DNA from: Malacoraja senta
Taxonomy: Eukaryota
Direction of reading: 5' to 3'
Assembly: GCA_038087875.1 (NCBI GenBank)
Contig: CM075997.1
Span: 1,676,001-1,740,000, forward strand
DNA length: 64,000 nucleotides
A program made the translations under genes and the position numbers. The notes below the pieces were generated by a model. The model was not told the DNA's origin. It searched no databases and saw only the letters and a list, made by a program, of their open reading frames with translations. Positions 24,837 to 37,700 of this stretch are shown one piece after another; position 1 is the stretch's first letter, and each line of letters opens with the position of its first letter.

Positions 24837-27800
24837 TAACTTGAATTTGTTATGGAGGGGAGGAGGGAGGGGGGGGGGGGGGGTCACAAACGGCTGCAGA
24901 TGCTGAAATCTTGATCAAAAACAATCCAGGCAGCATCTGTGGAGGGAAAGGACAGACGACATTTCGTGTAAAACCCTTCCTTATTTGAATTAATCTGTTT
25001 TTCATTATTTATATCAGTGGTTCAATGGTACTTTATTGTCAAGGTACCTAGGTACAAACTTTTGTTGTTGTTGCGAAAACGCACTCAGTTACAGGGTTAA
25101 CGTACAAAACGTACAAAGACGCCTTCCAGAGGGTGCCGCAGAGGCACCAAGGCCGGAGCCTCGGTGGGCTGACGGTGGAGCCTTGGCGGTTGGCGGTGGA
25201 GCCTCGCCGGTCGACAGAGCCCGCGGCCATCAGTGCCTGAGTCGACGGAGCCGCGGCTGAGGCCTGGGTCGGCGCCACGGAGGTGTCCGGAGAGGCTCGG
25301 CAGCGATGGTGGAGAGGTCGACGGTGGCGCCGACCGACGGACGAGGACGGACACGTGGAAGTGAGGACGCCGCTGCGGAAGAACGGAACAAAGGAGGAGC
25401 CGGCGTGGGGCCGCTGCCGTGAGGGGAGGGGGGGGGGGGGGGGAGAAGAACTGCATGGCCGCAGAAACCAAAGTTTACTTGAATTATTTAACATCAACCT
25501 GCCAAAGGGACTAAAGATGGAAATTAGCTACTGGCTATAAATCTTGCATATTTACATGTAAATGTTCATCAAATGTGCACTGTCCCTGTTTAAAAAATAA
25601 AAAATAAAATAAATTAAAACCTGACGGGGGGTTGTAACTTTGTCACCCCCCTTTATGGGCGACTATTTTCATATCTCGGGTAAGCAAGCAAAGAATAAAG
25701 TATTCAATTCAATTCTACTCCATACAGACAGCACCCAAGGTCAGGATCAAACTCTGCGCTGTAAGGCAGCAACTCTGCAGCTCTGCACTGTGCATTGGAG
25801 CCTCGCAGGTAAAATGGGACCAGCTCGGGAAAGCATGGACAGGTTGGACTGAAGGGCCTGTTTCCGTGCTGTGCGACCACATGGCTCTTTCTAGCATTTG
25901 TAGCTTTTTAAAAAAAATATTGGTTCAGTAGTTCTCCATTGATGTTTTGTGTGAGATTTTACAGTGTTAAGAGAACTTGCAAGGAGAAATTAGTCTCAGT
26001 CGTAGAAAAGGCCCTTCAGCCCACCAAGTCTCTGCCGACGGTACACAAAAATGCTGGAGAAACTCAGCGGGTGCAGCAGCTTCTTCAGACCTCAAGGCAA
26101 GTCTCTGCTGACCCTTTTGCCTATCTACGCCAATCCCATGTACCGACATTAGGACCACATCTTTCTAAGCCTTGCTATGCAGTGTCTGTCTGAATGCCTC
26201 TTAATCATCGCGATTGTATCTGAAATTATTGGAGACAGACACAAAAAGCTGGAGTAGCTCAGCGGGTCAGCCAGCATCTCTGGAGAGAAGGAATAGATGA
26301 CGTTTCGGGTCGAGACGCTTCTTCAGACCATCAGAAGAAGGGTAGTGACCTGAAATGTCATCTATTCCTTCTCTCCAGAGATGCTGCCTGTCCCGCTGAG
26401 TTACTCCAGCGGTGTTGTGTCCATCTTGCGTTTTGAACCAGCGCCTGCAGTTCCTTCCTAAACATTTAGTTTGAAGTATTAGTTTTGTGAGTGGTTCCAT
26501 GAAGAAAACTGCACCTTTTCTTGTAACCACAGGGGGGAGCCCTTGTCCACTATTATGTTGGAACAAAGGCACTCTTTGCTGATAGAGTCATACAGCATGG
26601 AAACAGGCCCTTCGGCCCTAACTCACCCATGCTGACCAAGATGCCCCATCTAACTAGCCCCATTTGCCTATATTTGGTCCATATCCCTCCAAACCTTTCC
26701 CATCCACGTGTCTGGCCCAAATGTCCTTTAAATTGAAACAAGGAACTGCAGATGCTGGTTACAACAAAAGGACACAAAGTGCTGGAGTAACTCAGCGGGG
26801 TCATGCAGCATCTCTGGAGAACATGGATTGGTGACGTTTTGGGGTCAAGACCTGTTCCTTTTCTCCAGAGATGCTGCCCTGTCCCGCTGAGTTACTCCCC
26901 AGCGTTTTGTGTCTAACTTCGGTTAAGAATATTTAGCCATTTAGAAACGGAGACGAGGAAACACTTTTTCACACAGAGTGGTGAGTCTGTGGAATTCTCT
27001 GCCTCAGAGGGCGGTGGAGGCCGGTTCTCTGGATACTTTCAAGAGAGAGCTAGATAGGGCTCTTAAAGATAGCGGAGTCAGGAGATATGGGGAGAAGGCA
27101 GGAACGGGGTACTGATTGGGGGATGATCAGCCATGATCATATTTACTGCTGGCGCTGGCTCGAAGGGCCGAATGGCCTACTCCTGCACCTATTGTCTATT
27201 GTGTAAACCAGCATCTGCAGTTTCCTTCCTACACATTTTACCAGAGGAGGTCGTTGAGGCAGGTTCTATCAGAATGTTTCAGAACATTTGGACAGGTTGC
27301 ATGGATAGGACAGGTTTAGAGTCAAACGCAGGCAGATGCGGCTTGTTGTAGAGGGGACATGTGAGCAAGTTGGGCCGAAAGGGCATGTTTCCACACTGTA
27401 TGACTCTATAAACCACTGAGTCCTCAGGACTTTGTTTTGTATTTGTGCGACCGATTATATTCTATTTGAAGTTTTAATCCCTGATGCCTTGCAACAATAA
27501 ACGTATTAAAATGCAGATATATGCATAAATGTAAATTATTCATAAATAATTGGTATAAATGTTATTAAATGCTCCCATTAGATTTACTTTCCTGCACCTC
27601 GCCCTATTCTTATTCCAGTCACCAGCTCAGAGGCTGGCTTGGAATCTGCTGCCGCTGCTAGATATAGTGTGAGGGCCATCCCTGGAGAGAAGGAATGGGT
27701 GGTTTCGGGTCGAGACCCTTCTTCAGACTGAGAGTCAGAGGAGAGGGAAATGAGAAATAGAAGGGGACAAACAGAAGGCGAGGTTGTGAAACCCACAGAT

Positions 27801-28104
27801 CAAGGAATGTAAGGAATATTTCTTTGCACCCTCCCATATCTCTCCATTCCCTCTCCCCCGACTCTCAGTCTGAGGAAGGGCCTCGAATCCCGAAGCGCCA
27901 CCCATTCCTTCTCTCCAGAGATGCTGCCTGGCCCGCTGAGTTACTCCAGCTTTTGTGTCTGTCTTCAGAGTAAACTGGGACTGTCATATGAGGAACTGTC
28001 ATAGAACATAGAAATTACTCGTGGACATTTTTACTCGTGGACATTTTTCATCAGGCTAGAAAAAATGCCCCGACCTACTTGATGCCACGATACCTACGAT
28101 TAGC

Positions 28105-29175
28105 ATAGAAACATAGAAACATAGAAACATAGAAAATAGGTGCAGGAGTAGGCCATTCAGCCCTTCGAGCCTGCACCGCCATTCATTATGATCATGGCTG
28201 ATCATCCAACTCAGTATCCCGTACCTGCCTTCTCTCCATACCCCTGATCCCTTTAACACAAGGGCCACTCTAACTCCCTCTTTAAATATAGCCAATGAAC
28301 TGGCCTCGACTACCCTCTGTGGCAGAGAATTCCACAGATTCACCACTCTCTGTGTGAAAAAGTTCTTCTCATCTCGGTTTTAAAGGATTTCCCCCTTATC
28401 CTTAAGCTGTGACCCCTTGTCTGGACTTCCCCAACATCGGGGAGCAATCTTCCTGCAATCTAGCCTGTCCAACCCCTTAAGAATTTTGTAAGTTTCTATA
28501 AGATCCCTCTCAATCTCCTAAATTCTAGAGAGTATAAACCAAGTCTATCCAGTCTTTCTTCATAAGACAGTCCTGACATCCCAGGAATTAGTCTGGTGAA
28601 CCTTCTCTGCACTCCCTCTATGGCAATAATGTCCTTCCCTCAGAATTTGGAGACCAAAACTGTACGCAATACTCCAGGTGTGGTCTCACCAAGACCCTGT
28701 ACAACTGCATCTCGGACTGTCATATGAGGAGAGATTGAAAAAGACTAGGGCTTGTATTCACTGGAGTTTAGAAGGATGAGGGGGGGGTCTTATAGAAACA
28801 TATACAATTATAAAAGACTGGACAAGCTAGATGCAGGAAAAATGTTTCCCGATGTTGGGCGAGTCCAGAACCAGGGGCCACAGTCTTAGAATAAAGTGGA
28901 GGCCATTTAAGACTGAGGTGAGAAAAAACATTTTCACCCAGAGAGTTGTGAATTTGTGGAATTCCCTGCAACAGAGGGAGAGTGGAAGGCCAAGTCACTG
29001 GGATGGATTTATGAGAGAGTTAGATAGAGCTCTAGGGGCTAGTGGAATCAAGGGATATGGGGAGAAGGCAGGGCACGGGTTATTGATTGGGGATGATCAG
29101 CCATGATCACAATGAATGGCGGTGCTGGCTCGAAGGGCCGAATGGCCTCCTCCTGCACCTATTTTCCATGTTTCT
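28105..29175. mobile_element. Back-to-back CR1 fragments (minus about 28105-28708, plus about 28710-29175)
   Basis: (catagaaa)n tail at 28104-28135 for the minus copy. The plus copy encodes MLGESRTRGHSLRIK...FTQRVVNLWNSL. Confidence 0.85.
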
Positions 29176-29949
29176 AGTTAAACCAGCACCTGCAGTTCCA
29201 ACCTGCATAGACCGCGAGGCCATCTTTCTCCTGATGCTCACCGCTGGTTTCAGCCGCGGAGCTTTCAACGGTGGTGCAGTCATAGAGTGTGGGATACAGC
29301 ATGGAAACAGCCCATCGGCCCAACTTTGCCCACACCGGCCAACATGTCCCAGCTCCACGAGTCCCACCTGCCTGCGTTTGGTCATATCCCTCCAAACCTG
29401 TCCTATCCATGTACATGTCCAACTGTTTCTTAAACGTTGGGATAGTCCCAGCCTCAACTACCTCCTCTGGCAGCTTGTTCCATACACCCACCATCCGTTG
29501 TGTGAAAAGTTACCCCTCAGATCCTATTAAAATCTTTTCCCCTTCACCTTTGAAACCTATGTCCTCTGGTCCTCGATTCGCCTACTCTGGGCAAGAGACT
29601 CTGTGCATCGACCCGATCTATTTCCTCTCGTGATTTATACAGCTGTAAATGAGAGCAGTGCTGCTGTCTCGGTAGTCCCTGCCGGGGTGTGGGTGTGTAA
29701 GGAATAGGCAGGAGAGAGGGTTAGAACGCAGGGTCAGGGCTGGGAGAGGGTTAGAACGCAGGGATGGGGATGAGAGGATAGAGTGCAGCGGACAGAGCTG
29801 TGAGGATTAGTCCCCAGGGCAGAACCAGCGGGGAGCATTGGCAGAGAGAGGAGCTCGCGGTATGTGCAGGAAGGAACTGCAGATGCTGGTTTACACCAAA
29901 GAAAAACTGGAGTAACAGCAGGACAGGCAGCATCCCTGGAGAGAAGGGT

Positions 29950-30330
29950 TCAAGATTCAAGTGGTTTATTTGTCATGTGTCCCCGATAGGACAATGAAAT
30001 TCTTGCTTTGCTTCAGCACAACAGAACATAGTAGCATTGACTACAAAAACAGATCAGTGTGTCATATACCATTATATAGATATATACACACATGAATAAA
30101 TAAACAAACAGATAAAGTGCAAATAACAGATAATGGGCTATTAATGTTCAGAGTTTTGTCCGAGCCAAGTTTATAGGCCTGATGGCTGTGGGGAAGTAGC
30201 TATCCTGAACCTGGTCGTTGCAGTCTTTCAGGCTCCTGTACCTTCTACCTGAAGGTAGGCAGGGAGATGAGTGTGTGGCCAGGATGGTGTGGGTCCCTTG
30301 ATGATGCTGCCAGCCTTTTTGAGGCAGCGA
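29950..30330 (-). mobile_element. Rex1/Babar-like LINE 3' end
   Basis: The duplicate copy (ORF 45105-45437 -) reads CLKKAGSIIKDPHHPGHTLISPLPSGRRYRSLKTATTRFRNSYFPTAIRLLN. Tail gacacatgacaataaa...(cttgaa)n. Confidence 0.75.
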
Positions 30331-30789
30331 CTTTCAAGTCTAGACTCTTCTTCAGACTAAGAGTCGGGGGAGAGGGTGATGGGAGATATGGGACAAAGAA
30401 CATTCTTTGACCTGTCGTTTTCACGCCTTACCTTCTCTTTGTACCTTCCGCATGTATCTCGTTTTTCCCTCTCCTCTGACACTCAGTCTGAAGAGGGTCT
30501 TGACCTGAAACGTCACCCGTTCCTTCTCTCCAGAGATGGACCTCACGGTATCTACAGCAGCGGCAGCAGATTCTAAACCCAGAGCTGGAGATAGTTAGAA
30601 TGGCAGAGCAGGTCTGAGAGAGGGTTACGTCGCAGGGGAAGAGCTGAGAGAGACTTAGAGCGCAAGGGTTGGGCTGAGGAGCGTCATATATGGGCAGCAA
30701 GTTTAGTTTCGTTTATTGCCACGTGAGCCGAGGTAGAGTGTAAAGCTTTTTGTTGCGTGCTATCCAGGCAGCGGAAAGACTACATGATT

Positions 30790-31390
30790 AGACAATAGAC
30801 AATGGGTGCAGGAGTGGGCCATTCGGCCCTTCGAGCCAGCACCGCCATTCAATGTGATCATGGCTGATCATCCCCAAATCAGTACCCCGTTCCTGCCTTC
30901 TCCCCATATCCCCTGACTCCGCTATTTTAAGAGCCCTATCTAGCTCTCTCTTGAAAGCATTCAGAGAACCTGCCTCCACCGCCCTCTGAGGCAGGAGAAT
31001 TCCCACAGACTCACCACTCTCTGTGAGAAAAAGTGTTTCCTGTCTCCGTTCTAAATGGCTTACTCATTATTCTTAAACTGTGGCCCCTGGTTCTGGACTC
31101 CCCTAACATCGGGAACATGTTTCCTGCCTCTAGCGTGTCCAAGCCTTAACAATCTTATATGTTTCAGTGAGATTACCTCTCATCCTTCTAAACTCCAGAG
31201 TGTACAAGCCCAGCTGCTTCCATTCTCTCAGCATATGACAGTCCCGCCATCCCGGGAATTAACCTTGTAAACCTACGCTGCACTCCCTCAATAGCAAGAC
31301 TGTCCTTCCTTGAAAGCAATCCAGAGAACCGGCTCCACCGCCCTCCGAGGCAGAGAATTCACAGACTCACCACTCTCTGTGAGAAAAAGT
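30790..31390 (-). mobile_element. CR1-clade LINE fragment(s)
   Basis: Reverse complement of the 613-1253 family, with (tagacaa)n tail at 30789-30802. Confidence 0.85.
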
Positions 31391-31577
31391 GGTTCTCGAG
31401 CCGTCCACAGTGTCCAGACTGGCCAGTGTGGGAGTGGGAAGGGGAGTTGATATCCTGAGCAACCAGGCGATCCAGCAGGCCCTGGCAGACCCATGTCCAG
31501 GACCCATATCCCACCTATTACCTGCCACGCTTTGCCCTGGACCCCTCCTCTCTTCCGGCTTTCTCCCACCCTGGCCC

Positions 31578-31777
31578 NNNNNNNNNNNNNNNNNNNNNNN
31601 NNNNNNNNNNNNNNNNNNNNNNNNNNNNNNNNNNNNNNNNNNNNNNNNNNNNNNNNNNNNNNNNNNNNNNNNNNNNNNNNNNNNNNNNNNNNNNNNNNNN
31701 NNNNNNNNNNNNNNNNNNNNNNNNNNNNNNNNNNNNNNNNNNNNNNNNNNNNNNNNNNNNNNNNNNNNNNNNNNNNN
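31578..31777. other. Assembly gap (200 N)
   Basis: Run of exactly 200 N, i.e. a fixed-size scaffolding gap. Confidence 1.
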
Positions 31778-31778
31778 T

Positions 31779-34700
31779 TGGTTCAATGGATGTCATCATC
31801 GACGCCTCGTGTACTTTGGGGTTTTGGCTTGTACACCGTGTTGTGGGGCTTGGTGCCGGCCAACTGAAGATGGTGTATTAAGGATGGTTGAGGACTTCTT
31901 CAACAGATGCATCCATCTTCCTTCTGCTGCCCCACTCTCTGAGCAGCAGTGACTTAAACTGGAGGTCATTTCCTAGCAAGGAAAAGTACATTACAAATGT
32001 TCATGCAGGATTGATTTGGTGAAATGGCCTCTCCAGTAGAAATCAGAGCCTCAATGGGCTAAAATCAATCTAGGTGAAATTTGGAACAAGTATTTTAAAA
32101 ACTGTCTTTACCTTGCAAATGGTGGTCAGGGCCAACACAACCAGAGTGCATGTGGTTAAGATAAAAGGGTGAGGTAGTGACACACCTTCTGCGGAAAATT
32201 ATGTATTTGCTAAAGTATTGTAATTTGTTTTCATGGGAATGGTGTAAAAACTTTACAGCCTTGTGCTATGTATCATAGTTAATAAATCATTCTTTTAAAG
32301 AAAGAACAGCATTTGTCAAATTATTGGCTTCTCCTTGATTATGCTTGGTTTCCTTGCCTTCACAACACTATTTAGTGAAGGCACTCTCTCAGAATCACTG
32401 CAATGTTATGGGTCAGGCAGTCTATCCCGTCCATGACAATGCAAAGATCTATCAGTAGGCAGAGGGTGGTGGGTATATGGAACGAGTGGGCAGAGGAGGA
32501 GGTTGAGGACGATACCATCACAGCGTTTAAGAGACACTTGGACAGGTACATGGATAGGAATAGTTTAAGGAATATGGACCAAGCATAGCCAAATGGGACT
32601 AGTGTAGATATGGCATCTTGACTGGCATGGACGAGTTGGGCCAAGGGTCTCTCTGTGCTGTATGACTGCAACTATCTCCTTCAGACTGCTCAGTCTGCAG
32701 AAGAGTCTCGACCCGAAACATCACCCATTACTTCTCTCTGGAGATGCTGCCTGTGTCGCTGAGTTACTCCAGCATTTTGTGTCTATCTTTGGTGCAAACA
32801 CAGCATCTGCAGTTCCTTCCTACATATAACTATCTCTTTGCTAAATGACCCAGTTGACTGTCTTTCTCTCAAAATCCTGCAGAATATTTTTCCTTGTGTG
32901 CCCAACTGATGCTATTTTCAGAGTCCACATTCCTTATAAGAAATAGGTTTCTACAACCAATATGCACAAAGCCATTTATGCCATCTTTGGAAGACCACAT
33001 TTGAAATTTGCCTTCAGATTTATCCTCCAGTAACCAAACCTTTGCCAGTTGTAAAGATGGTGAACATTTTCTACTGTCATGGTTCACAGTTCATCAGAGC
33101 CCTAGTGAGACCACACCTGGAGTATTGTGTGCAGTTTTGGTCCCCTAATTTGAGGAAGGACATTCTTGCTATTGAGGGAGTGCAGCGTAGGTTCACAAGG
33201 TTAATTCCAGGGATGGCGGGACTCGTATGCTGAGAGAATGGAGCAGCTGGGCTTGTACACTCTGATGAGAGGCATCCATTGAAACATATAAGATTGTTAC
33301 GGGTTTGGACACGCTAGAGGCAGGAAACATGATCTCGATGTTGGGGGAGTCCAGAACCAGGGGCCACAGTTTAAGAATAAGGAGTAAGCCATTTAGAATG
33401 GAGACGAGGAAACACTTTTTTCTCACAGAGAGTGGTGAGTCTGTGGAATTCTCTGCCTCAGAGGGCGGTGGAGGCGGGTTCTCTGGATGCTCTCAAGAGA
33501 GATCTAGATAGGCTCTTAAAAATAGCGGAGTCAGGGGATATGGGGAGAAGGCAGGACGGGGTACTGATTGGGGATGATCAGCCATGATCACATTGAATGG
33601 CTCGAAGGGCCAAATGGCCTCCTCCTGCACCTATTGTCTATTATCACACTGTCTCTCCCAATGTCTCTCCATGAGTATCAGACTGGATAGCACAGCACTT
33701 GTAACGGCTTCTTCCTTTCCCTTCTGTCTTTGGCATCCATCAAGGAACTATCTTGACCCTTTCTCTCATCAATTGGCTCTGCTTCTTGAAAATGCAGCGA
33801 TGGTTTCCACAAGTGAAGATACTCCCATCGTTACCCCACCCGCCTCATCTAACGGTGACCCTAACGCACCATCTTTTTGTTTTAGTTTATTGTCACGTGT
33901 ACCGAGACACAGTGGAAAACTTTTGTTACATGCTAATAGCCCTGTCCCACGGTACGAGTTCATTCCAAGAGCTCTCCCCGTTGGAAAAAAAAAATCAAAC
34001 TCGTGGTAAGCACAGACAATGAACGTAGTAGGTACGTCGGAGCTCGGGGACGTCTCTTAGCGGCTCGTAACGCTAACGGCAGGTACTCGGGAAGACTCGC
34101 TAACGGCAGGTAAGCACGGGAAGACTCGTGAAGATTTTTCAACGTTGAAAAATGTCCACGAGAGCCCCGAGTTCCGACGGGCGGCCATTACTGTAAATCT
34201 CCGAGTTTGAATCAGGGCAAACTCGGGAGAGCTCTTGGAATGAACTCGTACCGTGGGACAGGGTTTTAACCAGTCAGCGGAAACACAATACATGATTACA
34301 ATCGAACCATTTACAGTGTACAGATAGCGATGAGGGAATAACGTTTGGTGCAAGTTAAAGCCACTAAAGTCCAATTAAAGATAGTCCGATAGTGGTTCAG
34401 GACTGCTCTCTAGTTGTGGTAGGATGATTCAGTTGCCTGATAACAGCTGGGAAGAAACTGTCCCTGAATCTGGAGGTGTGCGTTTTCACACTTCTGCACC
34501 TTTTGCCTGATCGGAGCGGGAGAAGCGTGGCTTGGGTGCGACTCGTCCTTGATCATGGCTGCTGGCCTTGCCGAGGCAGCGTGAGATATAAATGTGGTCA
34601 ATGGAATTTGTCACGTTGCTGACCCCAATACCCAAGATTGTCCACTGTTCGTCCATTTAATATTGGAAACGCTATCCCATCCTCCCAAGGTTCAACCAGA

Positions 34701-37700
34701 TTGTGACTTTGGTGAGGTTACTCATCCCAAACTAACCTGCTGACCTTCTCTAAACCATCGTGGAATTCACACGAGGAGTAATTTCACAGAAGGCTATTTC
34801 ACCAACAAACCTGAATATCTTTGGTGGACAAAAGTGCTGGAGAAACTCAGCGGGTGAGGCAGCATCTATGATCCAATATCTTTGGGATGGGTCAGGTCGG
34901 GGGGGTCCCCCCGCCACGCGTACCATGTAATCCCGTGCTACCTGCTCCATGCTCGGATAGTCGACGACTAAACCCTCTCTCCCACCTGGTTTGCCAGGTG
35001 AGGAGGGGGCTGTGGACCCCCAGCACGACCAAAAACAAGACCAGATGAGCTCCAAGGGAGCCAAACTTCAGTAGAAGTTGCGATCACTGTCGTACACAGC
35101 ATTGTAAGGCACTGAGCCCGTTGATGTTTTCAGCGATGATGGTTTGGGATGTGGGAGGAAACTAGAGTACCCAGAAAAACCCCACACCGTCATGGGGAGA
35201 ATGCAAACTCCACACAGACCGCGCCCGAGGTCAGGAAGCACACTGGTTCTCCGCGAGGGCAACTCTTCCAGCTGCACCATGTGCCGCCCTCTACCATGTA
35301 TTGTAGATCTCTGCCATTGTACTGCAGACTGCTGCCTACAGGGCTACGCAATAGTACCTTGCACCTTGCATGCCGATTGCCCCTGTGTACTGATTAACTC
35401 AATGGAATGGAGTACTTTATTGTCACATATGACAAAGCACAGTGAAATTCTTTGCATACAAGTTGCGTGTACAAGTGGTGTACAAGTTGCGGCCACAGAT
35501 GGTGGACCCCTCTCCCCCCCCCCTCACAGTGGTCCCCCAATCTGCCGTCCGCTTACTATTCTCAAAGCACTGCTGGGAATCATACTTAACCAGGCCCCAG
35601 CTGAATGTGCCTGAAAGGGAAGATAAACACAAAATGCTGGAGTAACTCAACAGGTCAGTCAGCATCTCTGGACAGAAGGGACAGGTGAATAGGGATCTGG
35701 CTCCCTTCAAATGAAAGGTTTAGTTTAGAGGTAGACCCTTTTCCGCGTTGTTTTGGCCCACCGAGTCTGCGCCAACTGGCCACCCCTGTACACTTAAGGG
35801 CCTGTCCCACTTTCGCGACCTTTACAGGCGACTGCCGGCACCCGTGATAGGTCGCCGAAATTTTTCAACATGTTGAAAATTCAGCGGCGATCAGAAAGAC
35901 TCTGGAGACCTCTCAAGACCATAGGAGACCTCTCACGACCATACAGGGCTGCATGGTCGTGAGAAGTTTCCTATGGTCGTGAGAGGTCTCCAAAGAATCG
36001 TAGCGTCTTTCTGGGCGCCGCTGATTTTTCAACATGTTGAAAATTCAGCGGCGATCAGAAAGACTGGAGACCTCTCAAGACCATAGGAGACCTCTCACGA
36101 CCATACAGGGCTGCATGGTCGTGAGAAGTTTCCTATGGTCGTGAGAGGTCTCCAAGAATCGTAGCGTCTTTCTGGTGGCCGCTGATTTTTCAACATGTTT
36201 GAAAATTTCGACGACATATCACGGGTGCCGGCAGTCGCCTGTAAAGGTCACCTAAGTGGGACAGGCCCTTTACAGTATCCCACACATTGGGAACAATTTT
36301 ACCAAAGCCAATTCACCTACAAACCTGCACGTCCTCGGAATGTGACAGTAAACCAGAGCACCCGGAGAAAACCCACGAGGTCACGGGCAGAACGTACACT
36401 GTACAGACGGCACCAGTAGTCAGGATTGAACCCGGGTGGCCTGCGCTGTAAGGCAGCAACTCCACCACTCACCAAAACTCTACCCAGTCGCAGCAAGAAT
36501 CATCTATATTCTGTAGCTATGTTGTTATCAAAACACACACCTCCAGTTTCAGGTACAGTTTCTTCCCAGCTGTTATTAGGCAACTGAACCATCGGCTCGA
36601 AGGGCCGAATGGCCTAATCGTGCACCTATTTTCTATCACCAACTGAAGCGCAGTCCTGACCTACCACCTACCTCATTAGAGACCTTCGGATTTTCTTTAA
36701 TCGGACTTTACTGGACCTTATCTTCCACTAAACGCTATTCCCTTTATCCTGTATCTGTACACTGTGGACGGCTTGATTGTAATCATGTCCGGTCTTTTCG
36801 CTGACAACAATAAAGCTTTACGTACACGTGACAACAATAATAAGAATTATAATAAACTTAAGTAAAACTACCTCAACTTCCTACTATGAAGGTCAACATT
36901 CTACATGCCACGAGGCCTGGCAGACCCCCTCAGCTTTAAACCAAATTCTACTGTAAAGCGAACAGTTCTGCATTTTCCATCATAGGCTCGAGTCCCGAGA
37001 GAGAGAAAAAAATCTAAGTTGACGAACCCTGGGAGGTTACACAGAGGTAACATCTTAATGAGTCGTTAAACCGAGATCCCATCTGCTCTTCCACCCAGGT
37101 GGCGCAGCGGTAGAGTTGCTGCCTTACAGCGAACGCAGCTCCGGAGACCCGGGTTCGATCCTGACTACGGGTGCTGTCTGTACGGAGTTTGTACGTTTCG
37201 CCCCGTGACCTGCGTGGGTTTTCTCCGAGATCTTCGGGTCCTCCCACACTCCAAAGGCAACCAGGTTTGCAGGATAATTGGCTTGGTCAATGTACAAAAT
37301 TGCCCTTAGTGGATAGTGTAGGATGGTGTTAATGTGCGGGGATCGCTGGTCGGCGCGGACTGCGGTGAGCGTACCTTAGTGTCCGATCTCTCACATTGCA
37401 CCACTGCAGATGGTTTACACGCAAGATTGTTGGCAAATGGAATGAGCTGCCAGAGGAGGTAGGCACAAAATGCTGGAGTAACTCAGCAGGACAGGCAGCA
37501 TCTCTGGAGAGAAGTAATGGGTGATGTTTTTGGATTGAGACCCTTCTTCAGACTCTTTTATCTTTTTTTAACCTTTGTTTCTCTGGGAGAAGGTGGAATG
37601 ATCTGTGCACCATTGCTGTGGAACGCCTTTAGTTTAATTTAGTTTATGGCCAAGTGTACCGAACCGAGGTAGAGTGAAAAGCTTTTGTTGCGTGCTAACT

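Larger units (their letters stand above)
16484..31577 (+). repeat. Copy 1 of a ~15 kb direct duplication (probable false haplotype duplication)
   Basis: Starts tggttcaatggatgtcatcatcgacg and ends ctttctcccaccctggccc at the N gap. Collinear with 31779-46172. Confidence 0.95.

Noticed and set aside
25036..25540. Overlapping GC-rich ORFs suggesting a gene start
   Set aside because: Frames are not conserved between the two duplicate copies, there are no splice signals or recognisable domains, and open frames are expected at this GC content.
29700..29830. Telomere-like GGGTTAG words
   Set aside because: Only two occurrences, inside a degenerate ~30-bp tandem unit (gagagggttagaacgcaggg). Not a (TTAGGG)n array.
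31367..31952. ORFs containing X runs
   Set aside because: Artefacts of translating through the N gap.
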